Part shown: positions 9,116 through 18,535 of the stretch, in pieces
Layout: the number at the start of each line of letters is the position of its first letter
Position numbering within the stretch: position 1 is the first letter of the stretch
Assembly (NCBI GenBank): GCA_050953065.1
Contig: JBMNLZ010000001.1
Coordinates: 96,001-160,000 of the forward strand
Reading direction: 5' to 3'
Source: Bacilli bacterium
GTDB lineage: Bacteria; Bacillota_I; Bacilli_A; ML615J-28; CAG-698
DNA: 64,000 nucleotides
Program-made: the position numbers and the translations under genes
Notes under the pieces: generated by a model
Database searches by the model: none
What the model was told of the DNA's origin: nothing
Seen by the model: only the letters and a program-made list of their open reading frames with translations

Positions 9116-9993
9116 AGAAGTTAATTGTTGATATATTAGGAACTGAAAAACTTTCAAATTATAAAGTCGATGGAATGGTCATTAATTCAATCGACTATTC
9201 TATTTTTTCAAATACCAAATTTAATTATAATGATATTGTAAAGATTAATGAATATTGTAAAGCAAATAAAATTTTATCAATAGTTTCAATAGATAAAATT
9301 TTGTCTGAAAGTGACTTGAATAAAGTAACTGAATTTATTGATTTGTTAGAGAAAATAAATATAGATTATTATATTTTTAGTGATTTAGCTATAATTGATA
9401 TTTCTAGAAAGAAAAACATTTTAAATAAATTAATTTATAAACCTAATACATTAATCACGAATCATATGGATGCTGAATTTATCAATAGATTAGGAATTAG
9501 TTTTTTTGTTTCAAACGAAATTGCTTTTGAAGATATTAAATTGATATCTGAAAAAAGTGGCTTTTGCATTGAAATATATGGATATCATCCAATCTTTTAT
9601 TCTAAAAGAAAGAGTTTGCGCAACTTTAGTGAGCATCTTATTAATATTAATATTCAAAAAGAGTCAAAATATTTAAAAGAAGAACTAAGGGATGAACTAT
9701 ACCCTATATATGAAGATGAAGATATTTCTTTAGTTTTTTCACCCAAAAGGATTGCCTTAACAAAAGAGTTAAAAGAACTAGTAAATGTAAAGTTTTTAAA
9801 AATTAATGGTGATTTTATATCAGAAAAAGATTTGTTTAAAGTAATAAATGCTTATAATGTTTTTTTAAATTCAAAGATTTCTAGTGTAGAATTATATGAT
9901 TTTTTATATAAAATTGATACAAATATTGATAATCAATTTTTATATAAAAAAACACAATTGCTACAATTAGGTGAAAATGATGAAAAAGATTGA
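9112..9993 (+). CDS. peptidase U32 family protein (TrhP1/YrrN-like)
   Basis: IEIYGYHPIFYSKR, LKEELR..YPIYED; position between trmR and trhP2-like gene. Confidence 0.7.
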   Translation: MKKLIVDILGTEKLSNYKVDGMVINSIDYSIFSNTKFNYNDIVKINEYCKANKILSIVSIDKILSESDLNKVTEFIDLLEKINIDYYIFSDLAIIDISRKKNILNKLIYKPNTLITNHMDAEFINRLGISFFVSNEIAFEDIKLISEKSGFCIEIYGYHPIFYSKRKSLRNFSEHLININIQKESKYLKEELRDELYPIYEDEDISLVFSPKRIALTKELKELVNVKFLKINGDFISEKDLFKVINAYNVFLNSKISSVELYDFLYKIDTNIDNQFLYKKTQLLQLGENDEKD

Positions 9994-11191
9994 ATTGTTA
10001 GCACCAGCTGGTGATTTAGAAAAGTTAAAATATGCTGTTTTATATGGTGCTGATGCTGTATATATAGGTGGCAAAAGTTTTAGTTTAAGAGCAAGAGCTA
10101 GTAACTTTACTATAGCAGACATAGAAGAAGCATGTAAGTTTGCTCATGCTAGAAATGTTAAAGTTTATGTAACGATGAATATTGTTCCGCATAATGAAGA
10201 TCTAGATGTGCTAGAGAACTATTTGAAAGAATTAATACGTATAAAAATAGATGCTGTAATAGTATCTAGTTTAGCTGTAATGAATTTGATAAAGAATAAA
10301 TTTCCAAAATTAGAAGTTCATGCAAGTACACAATTGTCAATATCTAATTCTAAAGCAATTAAAGTGTTAAAAAGTTTAAATGTTAAAAGGGTAGTTTTAG
10401 CAAGAGAATTATCACTTAGCGAAATTAAAAAAATTAGTTCAGTATCTGACTTAGATTTAGAAGTTTTTATACATGGGGGTATGTGTACAAGTTATTCCGG
10501 TAGATGTATGTTGAGTAATTATATGACTTATAGAGATGCTAATCGTGGTGGCTGTGCCCATAGTTGTAGGTGGAACTATCAACTATATGATGAAAAAAAA
10601 GATTTAATAATAGAAGATATTTATAATATGGGGTCTAAAGATTTACAGGCTATTAAATATATAAAACAATTAATTGAATGCAACATTGCTTCTTTAAAAA
10701 TAGAAGGAAGAATGAAGTCATTATATTATATTGCTACTGTTGTCAAAAATTATAGAATTCTAATTGATAAGTATTATAAAAATGGTGATATAACTATAGA
10801 GGATGAAAATCTATGTGCTCAAGAAATATCAAAAGCAGAGAATAGAGAATTGTCATTTGGTTTTTTTGAAGGTGATGTTAAGCAAGAAGGACAATTGTTG
10901 GGGGTAAGATCAGAAATTCCTACTAAGGAGTTTGTAGGAATAGTCTTAGATTATGATAAAAAAACGAATGTTGTAACTGTTGAACAAAGAAATTATTTTA
11001 AAATTGATGATGAAATAGAATTTTTTGGTCCTAAAATGGATAATCAAAAATTTAGAGTAAAAGAAATTTATGATGAAGATGGTAATGTGTTAGATGCAGC
11101 TAGGCATCCTAGGCAAATAGTTAAATTTAAGACTAATATTGCAGTATCTAAATATGATTTAATTAGAAAAGTATTTTTTAGTGAAATATAA
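9980..11191 (+). CDS. peptidase U32 family tRNA hydroxylation protein (TrhP2/YrrO-like)
   Basis: ELLAPAG, GADAVYIG, HASTQ, GMCTSYSGRC, GGCAHSCRW, LKIEGRMK. Confidence 0.92.
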   Translation: MKKIELLAPAGDLEKLKYAVLYGADAVYIGGKSFSLRARASNFTIADIEEACKFAHARNVKVYVTMNIVPHNEDLDVLENYLKELIRIKIDAVIVSSLAVMNLIKNKFPKLEVHASTQLSISNSKAIKVLKSLNVKRVVLARELSLSEIKKISSVSDLDLEVFIHGGMCTSYSGRCMLSNYMTYRDANRGGCAHSCRWNYQLYDEKKDLIIEDIYNMGSKDLQAIKYIKQLIECNIASLKIEGRMKSLYYIATVVKNYRILIDKYYKNGDITIEDENLCAQEISKAENRELSFGFFEGDVKQEGQLLGVRSEIPTKEFVGIVLDYDKKTNVVTVEQRNYFKIDDEIEFFGPKMDNQKFRVKEIYDEDGNVLDAARHPRQIVKFKTNIAVSKYDLIRKVFFSEI

Positions 11192-11207
11192 TAAAGAAAA
11201 TTAACTG

Positions 11208-11235
11208 TTGTATTTTTTTAAATATTTGCTATAAT
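11208..11235 (+). promoter_or_regulatory. extended -10 promoter of greA
   Basis: TTGTAT-16 nt-TATAAT with TG extension. Confidence 0.65.
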
Positions 11236-11293
11236 GATAACAGTTATATATTTACAATTGAAAGGAGTGCAATATAAATATTGCAGGAAAACT

Positions 11294-11773
11294 ATGAATA
11301 AAGAATATCAATTAACTCCAAATGGGTTAGAAGAATTAAAAAAAGAACTTGAAAAACTTGTTAATGAAGATAAGCCTAAGATAATTGAACAAATTAAAGA
11401 GGCAAGAGCACAAGGTGATTTAAGTGAAAATGCGGATTATGATGCAGCAAGGGATGAGCAAGCAAGAGTTGAAATGAGAATAAATGAACTTGAAAAAATA
11501 ATCCAAAATGCTGTAATTATAAAAAAATCTGATAAAAGCAAATTTGGAAGTAACTTTGGTAAAAAAGTGGTTGTAATCTTTGATGATAGTGGAGAAGAAG
11601 AAGTTTTTGAAATAGTAGGTAGTTTAGAAACAAATCCGCTTGAGGGGAAAATCTCTAATGAATCTCCATTAGGGATGGCAATCTTAAATAAAGAAGAAGG
11701 CGACGAAGTTATTTTAAAAACTGAAACTGAAAATGAGCACAAAATAAAAATAATAAAAATATTAGATAGGTAA
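11294..11773 (+). CDS. greA: transcription elongation factor GreA
   Basis: EARAQGDLSENADYDAA, ISNESPLGMAIL; start at ATG 11294 (MNKEYQLT). Confidence 0.97.
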   Translation: MNKEYQLTPNGLEELKKELEKLVNEDKPKIIEQIKEARAQGDLSENADYDAARDEQARVEMRINELEKIIQNAVIIKKSDKSKFGSNFGKKVVVIFDDSGEEEVFEIVGSLETNPLEGKISNESPLGMAILNKEEGDEVILKTETENEHKIKIIKILDR

Positions 11774-11783
11774 GGTGGTAGTT

Positions 11784-13154
11784 ATGAAATTTATTCCAAA
11801 ATATGATCCTAGTTTTAAACCGTTAATTTTTGAATTAAGAAATTTTATGGAAAAAGTAGCTAAAAGTCCAGACAAAACTAAGTTAGTAATTTGTTTGGAA
11901 AGAAATGATGGCTATAATTATATTTATGAAATTGATGTTTTTTCAGAAAAAAGTGGAAATGATGAATTAAATATCGCAATTGTTGATAGAATAGTTAAAA
12001 GTTTATTATGGGTTGTAGGAGGATATAAAATTTATGTAGCTGGCTCTAAATCTATTTTTAAATATTTGAAACAAGCTTATTCTGATAAAGGGTCAAGAAA
12101 ATTTGATTCAAAATTTATGTCTAGGGTTTATGAAAATAATTTTGAAGTAGTTTATGTTGAATATAATAATATACCTAAGGCGAAAACTGAAATTATTCCT
12201 TTTGAAAAAAATTTGAATGGATGTAGAATTGGTTTTGATGCTGGAGGAAGTGACCGTAAAGTATCTGCAGTTGTAGATGGTGAAGTTATTTTCAGCAATG
12301 AGACCGTTTGGTTACCAAAGTTAAATGAAGACCCTGAATATCATTATAAAGGAATTCTTGAGTCAATGAAACTAGCTGCTAGTTATATGCCTCAAGTTGA
12401 TGCCATTGGAGTTAGTTCAGCTGGTATTTATATTAATAATAAAGTAATGGTTGCTTCTTTATTTGTTAAAGTCCCAGACGATGTTTTTGATAAAAAAGCT
12501 AAAAATATCTATATAGATGTAGCAAAAGAATTTGGAGATGTTCCTTTAAAAGTTGCTAATGATGGTGATGTAAGTGCGCTTGCAGGAGCTATGCAACTAG
12601 ATTCAGGTAACGTATTGGGAATTGCTATGGGAACAAGTGAAGCAGTAGGATATGTTAATGAAAAAATGGAACTTAAAGGATGGCTAAATGAGCTTGCTTT
12701 TGTACCAGTTGACTTTAATAAAGAAAGCATGGTAGATGAGTGGAGTGGAGATTACGGTTGTGGTGTTAAATACTTTTCACAAGATGGTGTTCTTAAACTA
12801 GCTAAGAATGCTGGAATTGAAATTGATGACAACCTATCTTTGGCTGAAAAATTAAAGTTTGTTCAAAAACTTATGGAAAAAGATGATGAACGAGTTATAA
12901 ACATCTTCACTGATATAGGTATCTATTTAGGTTATACTCTACCTTATTATGCTCATTTTTATAATATTAAACATGTTATGTTATTAGGAAGAGTTGTTAG
13001 TGGAAAAGGTGGAGATCTTCTAATGGCTACAGCTAAAAAAGTTTTAGTTGAAGAATTCCCTGAATATGCTGATATTAATTTAACTATGCCAGATGAATAT
13101 ACAAGAAGAGTTGGACAATCAATCGCTGCTGCAAGTTTACCAAGGAGCAAATAA
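11784..13154 (+). CDS. ROK family protein with long N-terminal extension
   Basis: IGFDAGGSD, GVSSAG, NDGDVSALAG, GIAMGTSEAVG; SD AAGGTGG. Confidence 0.85.
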   Translation: MKFIPKYDPSFKPLIFELRNFMEKVAKSPDKTKLVICLERNDGYNYIYEIDVFSEKSGNDELNIAIVDRIVKSLLWVVGGYKIYVAGSKSIFKYLKQAYSDKGSRKFDSKFMSRVYENNFEVVYVEYNNIPKAKTEIIPFEKNLNGCRIGFDAGGSDRKVSAVVDGEVIFSNETVWLPKLNEDPEYHYKGILESMKLAASYMPQVDAIGVSSAGIYINNKVMVASLFVKVPDDVFDKKAKNIYIDVAKEFGDVPLKVANDGDVSALAGAMQLDSGNVLGIAMGTSEAVGYVNEKMELKGWLNELAFVPVDFNKESMVDEWSGDYGCGVKYFSQDGVLKLAKNAGIEIDDNLSLAEKLKFVQKLMEKDDERVINIFTDIGIYLGYTLPYYAHFYNIKHVMLLGRVVSGKGGDLLMATAKKVLVEEFPEYADINLTMPDEYTRRVGQSIAAASLPRSK

Positions 13155-14158
13155 TGTCTATTATTATTCCCAAAGAATATATATCAAAACTTGATTTAAT
13201 TGACACTGAAAAAGCTATTAAATTAGCAAAAGATACTTTTGAAAAAAAGCTTGCCGATCATTTAAGTTTAATAAGAGTATCTGCACCGCTTTTTGTATTG
13301 TCTGATAGTGGGTTAAATGATAACTTGAACGGTCATGAAAGACCTGTTTGCTTTGACATTAAAGAAAGCGGAAAAAATGCTGAAATAGTACATTCTCTTG
13401 CAAAATGGAAAAGAAAAGCTCTTGGAAAATACAAGTTTGAAGTTGGTGCTGGTTTATATACTGATATGAATGCTATTAGAAGGGATGAAGAAACTGATAA
13501 TTTGCATTCTTTGTATGTTGATCAGTGGGATTGGGAAAAAATAATTACTAAAAAAGAAAGAAATCTAGATTTCTTAAAAAATATAGTTTGTAAGATTAAT
13601 TTAGCGTTAATTGAAACAAAAGACATAATTAATCAAACTTTTAAAACGTTAAATTTAAGTTTAAATAATGAAGTTTTTTTCATCACTGCTGAAGAGTTGT
13701 TATTATTGTATCCTGATGCTTCTCCAAAAGAAAGAGAAAATTTGATATGTAAAGAGAAGAAAAATGTTTTTATTATAGGAATTGGTGATGCATTATCAAA
13801 TGGAGAAAAACATGATGGTAGGGCCCCTGATTATGATGATTGGGAGTTAAATGGTGATTTCTTATTATGGTATGAACCACTTAATTGTGCCATTGAAATA
13901 TCGTCAATGGGAATTAGAGTAGATAGACATTCTTTATTATACCAATTAGAAAAATCTAATAATACTTCAAGATTAAAGTTTGAGTATCATCAAAAAATTG
14001 TTAATGATGAATTGCCTTTAACAATTGGTGGTGGAATTGGCCAATCTAGAATATGCATGATAATGCTTGAAAAAATCCATATTGGAGAGGTTCAAGTTTC
14101 AATTTGGAATGAAGATGATTTAAAAACAGCAAATAAAAATAATATTAATATTTTATAA
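13154..14158 (+). CDS. asnA: aspartate--ammonia ligase
   Basis: VHSLAKWKR, HSLYVDQWDWE, HDGRAPDYDDW, TIGGGIGQSR. Confidence 0.97.
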   Translation: MSIIIPKEYISKLDLIDTEKAIKLAKDTFEKKLADHLSLIRVSAPLFVLSDSGLNDNLNGHERPVCFDIKESGKNAEIVHSLAKWKRKALGKYKFEVGAGLYTDMNAIRRDEETDNLHSLYVDQWDWEKIITKKERNLDFLKNIVCKINLALIETKDIINQTFKTLNLSLNNEVFFITAEELLLLYPDASPKERENLICKEKKNVFIIGIGDALSNGEKHDGRAPDYDDWELNGDFLLWYEPLNCAIEISSMGIRVDRHSLLYQLEKSNNTSRLKFEYHQKIVNDELPLTIGGGIGQSRICMIMLEKIHIGEVQVSIWNEDDLKTANKNNINIL

Positions 14159-14184
14159 AACGCAGGAAACTGCGTTTTATTTTT
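14157..14184 (+). terminator. intrinsic terminator after asnA
   Basis: AAAACGCAG-GAAA-CTGCGTTTT then ATTTTT. Confidence 0.85.
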
Positions 14185-14209
14185 ATATTCAATAATTGTT
14201 ATTTTTATT

Positions 14210-14238
14210 TAGACATAGATGGAATTTTTTGGTATAAT
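14210..14238 (+). promoter_or_regulatory. promoter of yqeG operon
   Basis: TAGACA-17 nt-TATAAT with TG extension. Confidence 0.7.
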
Positions 14239-14259
14239 ATAATAGTTAATGGAGGCTAT

Positions 14260-14817
14260 ATGTTTTTCAGTTTTGTAAATTTTATTCCAAATGATTGTTA
14301 TGAAAATGTTTTTCAAATTGATTATAACAAATTATATAAAAGTGGAAAAAGGGTTATATTAATGGATCTTGATAATACACTTATTCCTTATGATATATTC
14401 AATATGAATGAAAAAATAGAAGCGTTATTTGAAGAAATCAAATCCATTGGATTTAAACTTATACTAATTTCAAATAACTCAAAAAAAAGAATGGAAACTT
14501 TTTTAAATGGATATGAACTTCCCTTTATATATAAAGCGACAAAACCATTTAAAAGAGGTTTCAAAAAGGCTCTAAAAATATGCAATGTGGGGGATAAAAG
14601 AGAAATTGTTGTAATCGGCGATCAATTAATGACGGATGTTTGGGGGGCAAAAAGATTAAAATTAGATGCTATTCTTGTAAAACCCATTAAAAAGTCTACA
14701 GAAAAATGGTACACTAGAGTATTAAGATTTTTTGAGAGAAAAGCTTTATTAAAAATTAAAAAAAATGATAATGAAACATATTTAAAAATTGTTTCAGTGA
14801 TTGGTGAGCCAAAGTAA
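14260..14817 (+). CDS. yqeG: YqeG family HAD IIIA phosphatase
   Basis: DLDNTL, ISNN, KP, IGDQLMTDVWGA. Confidence 0.93.
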   Translation: MFFSFVNFIPNDCYENVFQIDYNKLYKSGKRVILMDLDNTLIPYDIFNMNEKIEALFEEIKSIGFKLILISNNSKKRMETFLNGYELPFIYKATKPFKRGFKKALKICNVGDKREIVVIGDQLMTDVWGAKRLKLDAILVKPIKKSTEKWYTRVLRFFERKALLKIKKNDNETYLKIVSVIGEPK

Positions 14818-15914
14818 TGAGATGCGCTGGCTGTGGAGTAGAACTTCAGTTTTTATCAGAAAACGAAATTGGATTTATTAATATATCAAATTATAATGCT
14901 TTAGTCGATCAAAAAAAAGATATATTTTGTAAAAGGTGTTTTAATATAAAATATTATAATAAAGACATTTTGTTTCATACAAACATTGAGAATAAAAACT
15001 ACGATTTTAATCATTTTAATTGTCAAAGAAATATTCTGCTATATGTAGTTGATGCTTTATACTTTGACTTTTATATTCCTGAATTAATCTCGATTAGTAA
15101 AAAAAGTAAAATCAAATTGATTATAATAATAAATAAATTTGATTTACTTAAAAATTATAATACAGACAATCGCTTCAAAACTTATTATTTTAAACAAATT
15201 AATCAAAATATGATAAAGGTTGAAAAAATATTTTGTGTTTCTGCTCTTAAAAGAAATACGTTATCTGAATTAATTCAATATTTAAATGAATTACCACCTT
15301 TAACATTTTTTAATGTTGTTGGGCCTAGCAATTCAGGTAAAACTGAACTTATTAATTCGATATATAATAGTATAACTTCTAAAGAAACGCTTTTAATTAG
15401 TAGCCCTTTTTTCAAAACTACTATAAATCCTACTATTATAACGTTGCCAAATCATTCAAAATTAGTTGATTTTTTTGGCTTTACTAGATCTGATGATCTA
15501 AGATATTATTTTAATATAGATAATTTAGTAAAAATTGATATTAAAAAACCAGAAAAACTGATAAGCTATCAATTACGTAATGGACAAAGTATGTTAATTG
15601 AAAATATTGTAAGATTTGATTTTTTTGGTAAGGATGTAATTTCGTTTATAACTAATTGTAATGCTAATTTAACAATTCATAAGTCTAATGTAAACAAGAA
15701 AAGTAATGAGCTAAGTAAATTATTCAACTTGCCAAAAGCAGTAGAAGATAGGCTTTTGGGAGAAAAAACTTATCTAGCATATGAATTTCAAAGTGAAAAA
15801 GCTTATGATATATTAATATTCGGGTTAGGGATTTATAGAGTTATGAATTGTTCTAAAATTTCTTTAGAAATAAGTTCGAAAATCAATGTATTTATAAGAG
15901 AGTCTATATTATGA
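14817..15914 (+). CDS. yqeH: YqeH-like circularly permuted GTPase (divergent)
   Basis: Zn finger CAGCG..CKRC, G4 NKFD, G1 GPSNSGKT; follows yqeG. Confidence 0.8.
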   Translation: MRCAGCGVELQFLSENEIGFINISNYNALVDQKKDIFCKRCFNIKYYNKDILFHTNIENKNYDFNHFNCQRNILLYVVDALYFDFYIPELISISKKSKIKLIIIINKFDLLKNYNTDNRFKTYYFKQINQNMIKVEKIFCVSALKRNTLSELIQYLNELPPLTFFNVVGPSNSGKTELINSIYNSITSKETLLISSPFFKTTINPTIITLPNHSKLVDFFGFTRSDDLRYYFNIDNLVKIDIKKPEKLISYQLRNGQSMLIENIVRFDFFGKDVISFITNCNANLTIHKSNVNKKSNELSKLFNLPKAVEDRLLGEKTYLAYEFQSEKAYDILIFGLGIYRVMNCSKISLEISSKINVFIRESIL

Positions 15915-16486
15915 AAAGCATAGAAAAAATTATTTATAATAAATTTAAAAATAAAGAAGACGGGATTAAAAGATATAATCATTCGCTTGGTGTGTATAAA
16001 GAAGCTAAAAAATTAGTTGAATTTTATAATTTTGATATTGATTTAGATAAATTAAAAATTGCGACTTTATTACATGATTATGCTAAGTTTGAGACTTTAG
16101 ATACTTTTAAAAAAATTATTATTGATGAAGGGTTAGAAGAAATTGATTTACTTAAGAATCAAAAGTTATTACATTCTATACTAGGGCCATATCTAATAAA
16201 AAAAGATTTAAATGTTTTAGATGAAGAGATTTTAAACGCGGTAAGATTCCATACAACGGGAAGAGCGAATATGAGTCTGTTAGAAGAACTAGTTTTTTTA
16301 GCTGATTACATAGAAGAAAACAGAAAAGGACAACTTTTTGAAGAACTTAGAAAAACTGCTTATACAGATTTTAAAAAAGCGATTGCTTTAGAATTTGAAT
16401 ATTTAATTAAAAAATTAATGGCTAAAAATGAAACTATTGACAATAACACAATCGAAGGATATAATTTTTCCAAAAAACACCTATAG
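15911..16486 (+). CDS. yqeK: Ap4A symmetrical hydrolase YqeK (HD domain)
   Basis: HSLGV, LLHDYAK, HTTG, LADYIEENR. Confidence 0.9.
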   Translation: MKSIEKIIYNKFKNKEDGIKRYNHSLGVYKEAKKLVEFYNFDIDLDKLKIATLLHDYAKFETLDTFKKIIIDEGLEEIDLLKNQKLLHSILGPYLIKKDLNVLDEEILNAVRFHTTGRANMSLLEELVFLADYIEENRKGQLFEELRKTAYTDFKKAIALEFEYLIKKLMAKNETIDNNTIEGYNFSKKHL

Positions 16487-16494
16487 GAGGTACA

Positions 16495-16836
16495 ATGGAA
16501 AAATTAAAAAAAATTATTGATACTATTAATAAAACAAATATTAAAAACATAAAAGTTTATGAAACATCTTCAATTACGCCTTTTTATGATTATGCAATTA
16601 TAGCAACTGCTACTTCAAGTAGACAGTTAAAAGCGACTGTTGAACATATAAAAAAAGAAAGTGCGAAAGAAAATTACACTATAAGAAGCGTAGAAGGTGT
16701 AAGTGGTGGCACATGGGTCTTGATAGATTTAAATGATATTTTAATCAATGTATTTTTATCTGATGAGCGTGAAAAATATGCATTAGATAAAATGTGGTCT
16801 GATTTACCACAAGTTAAGGTGGAAGAAGATGAATAA
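16495..16836 (+). CDS. rsfS: ribosome silencing factor RsfS
   Basis: IIATATSSRQ, WVLIDL, REKYALDKMW. Confidence 0.92.
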   Translation: MEKLKKIIDTINKTNIKNIKVYETSSITPFYDYAIIATATSSRQLKATVEHIKKESAKENYTIRSVEGVSGGTWVLIDLNDILINVFLSDEREKYALDKMWSDLPQVKVEEDE

Positions 16837-17728
16837 AATTGAAAAATCAGTAGGGATTGATTTGGGAGGTACTGAAATAAAGATTGGTTTTTTTGAAAAC
16901 GAAAAATTAATTTATGATAAACAGATACCTACAAATATAACTGCAAACGGAAAGTATATCGTTTCTGATATTATTCAAGCTGTAGAATCTATATATAAAG
17001 CGAATGAAATTGAATATTTAGGAATTGCTGTTCCGGGACCTGTTTTAAAAGGAATTGTTTATGGCGCTCATAATTTAGGGTGGGATGAAATAAATTTAAA
17101 AGAAAAATTACAAAAGCATTATACGAAAAGTAATATATCGGTTTTAAATGATGCTAATGCAGCTTGCTTTGGTGAGTTTACATTAATACCAATTGGATTT
17201 AAAGATGTTTTGTTGATTACTTTAGGTACCGGGATAGGTTCTGGTATTATTATAAATAGAGAATTATATTCTGGGTCTTCTGGATCTGCAGGCGAGTTTG
17301 GACATATAAAAGTTGCCGATGGCAACAAACGCAAATGTAATTGTGGGTTGTATGACTGTGTAGAAAGATATGCTAGTGCTACTGGAATTCAAATAAGCGC
17401 GGTTGAAAATGGCTTGAATAAGGGGGTTTCTTGTAAAGAAGTATTCGACTTAGCTAAAGCAGGAGATGAAAGAGCTATCAAAGCTATAGATTTAATGATC
17501 GAAAAGTTGGCAATTGCTTTAGCAGCAACAGCCAATGTACTAAATCCTGACTGCATCATTTTTGGGGGTGGCGTTTCTAAATCAAGTGATTATTTTTTAG
17601 ATAAATTGAAAGAAGAATTTAATAAATATACTTTTAGAACTAATAAAAAAGTAAATTTTAAAACAGCGAAATTAGGTAATAAGGCTGGCATAATTGGAGC
17701 TATGTTAGCTGCAAAACAAAAAATATGA
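16829..17728 (+). CDS. ROK family sugar kinase (glucokinase-like)
   Basis: GIDLGGT, NDANAA, TLGTGIG, GEFGH, CNCG..DCVE. Confidence 0.9.
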   Translation: MNKIEKSVGIDLGGTEIKIGFFENEKLIYDKQIPTNITANGKYIVSDIIQAVESIYKANEIEYLGIAVPGPVLKGIVYGAHNLGWDEINLKEKLQKHYTKSNISVLNDANAACFGEFTLIPIGFKDVLLITLGTGIGSGIIINRELYSGSSGSAGEFGHIKVADGNKRKCNCGLYDCVERYASATGIQISAVENGLNKGVSCKEVFDLAKAGDERAIKAIDLMIEKLAIALAATANVLNPDCIIFGGGVSKSSDYFLDKLKEEFNKYTFRTNKKVNFKTAKLGNKAGIIGAMLAAKQKI

Positions 17729-18357
17729 TAAAAGTTTATAAAATAGTTAACAGGAGTTATGACTCTAACTGCTATATAGTCACTAAGCAAAAACAGTTTA
17801 TAATAATAGACCCTTGTGTAGAAAAAGATTTATTAAAAGATTTCTTTGAAAAAAAAGAATGTGTAGGAATATTTTTAACTCATGGACATTATGATCACTT
17901 TTGTAGTATTGAAACATATGCTTTAGAAAAGACTTGTTATTATATGCATAAAGAGGCTGTTTCTAAAATTTTAGATTTAAATAAGAGTTATGGAAAGTTT
18001 TTTAATATCAATAATAATGTAAATATTGATTTAAAAAAGGTTAAATTTTTAAAAGAAGAAAAGATTAAGATAGCTAATTTTGAAATTGATGTGTTAGAAG
18101 TGCCTGGTCATACTAATTGCTGCTTGTGTTTTATGATAGAAGATAACTTATTTACTGGTGATACTTTATTCAAAGAAAGTATTGGTCGTACTGATTTATA
18201 CTCTGCTAATTTTAAAGATATGCAAAAAAGCTTGCAAAAGCTTGTAATGTTACCTAAACATTTAGTTGTTTATCCGGGGCATTATGAAAAAACTTCTATA
18301 TCTGATGAATTAAATAACAATGTTTTTTTAAAAAGAGTTAGTAGAAGACTTAATTAG
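17725..18357 (+). CDS. MBL-fold metallo-hydrolase (glyoxalase II-like)
   Basis: THGHYDH, PGHT, FTGDTLF, PGH. Confidence 0.9.
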   Translation: MIKVYKIVNRSYDSNCYIVTKQKQFIIIDPCVEKDLLKDFFEKKECVGIFLTHGHYDHFCSIETYALEKTCYYMHKEAVSKILDLNKSYGKFFNINNNVNIDLKKVKFLKEEKIKIANFEIDVLEVPGHTNCCLCFMIEDNLFTGDTLFKESIGRTDLYSANFKDMQKSLQKLVMLPKHLVVYPGHYEKTSISDELNNNVFLKRVSRRLN

Positions 18358-18407
18358 ATAAAAATTATTATTTATATGTACAGTTTTAAAATATAAAACT
18401 GATAATA

Positions 18408-18456
18408 TAAAAACATTGAAAAAAGCGTTTTATTGACGCTTTTTTCAATGTTTTTA
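18408..18456 (+). terminator. long hairpin terminator upstream of hrcA
   Basis: perfect 21-bp arms TAAAAACATTGAAAAAAGCGT / ACGCTTTTTTCAATGTTTTTA, 7-nt loop. Confidence 0.75.
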
Positions 18457-18480
18457 GCACTTATTTCTTGACAATGCTAA
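18454..18480 (+). promoter_or_regulatory. CIRCE element 1 (HrcA operator), overlapping -35
   Basis: TTAGCACTT-N9-CAATGCTAA versus consensus TTAGCACTC-N9-GAGTGCTAA. Confidence 0.85.
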
Positions 18481-18496
18481 AATACTATAGTATAAT
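18468..18496 (+). promoter_or_regulatory. consensus sigma-A promoter of hrcA operon
   Basis: TTGACA-17 nt-TATAAT. Confidence 0.9.
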
Positions 18497-18497
18497 A

Positions 18498-18524
18498 TTA
18501 GCAGTTAGATACTTAAAGTGCTAA
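18498..18524 (+). promoter_or_regulatory. CIRCE element 2
   Basis: TTAGCAGTT-N9-AAGTGCTAA between -10 and SD. Confidence 0.88.
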
Positions 18525-18535
18525 CGGAGGTAAGG

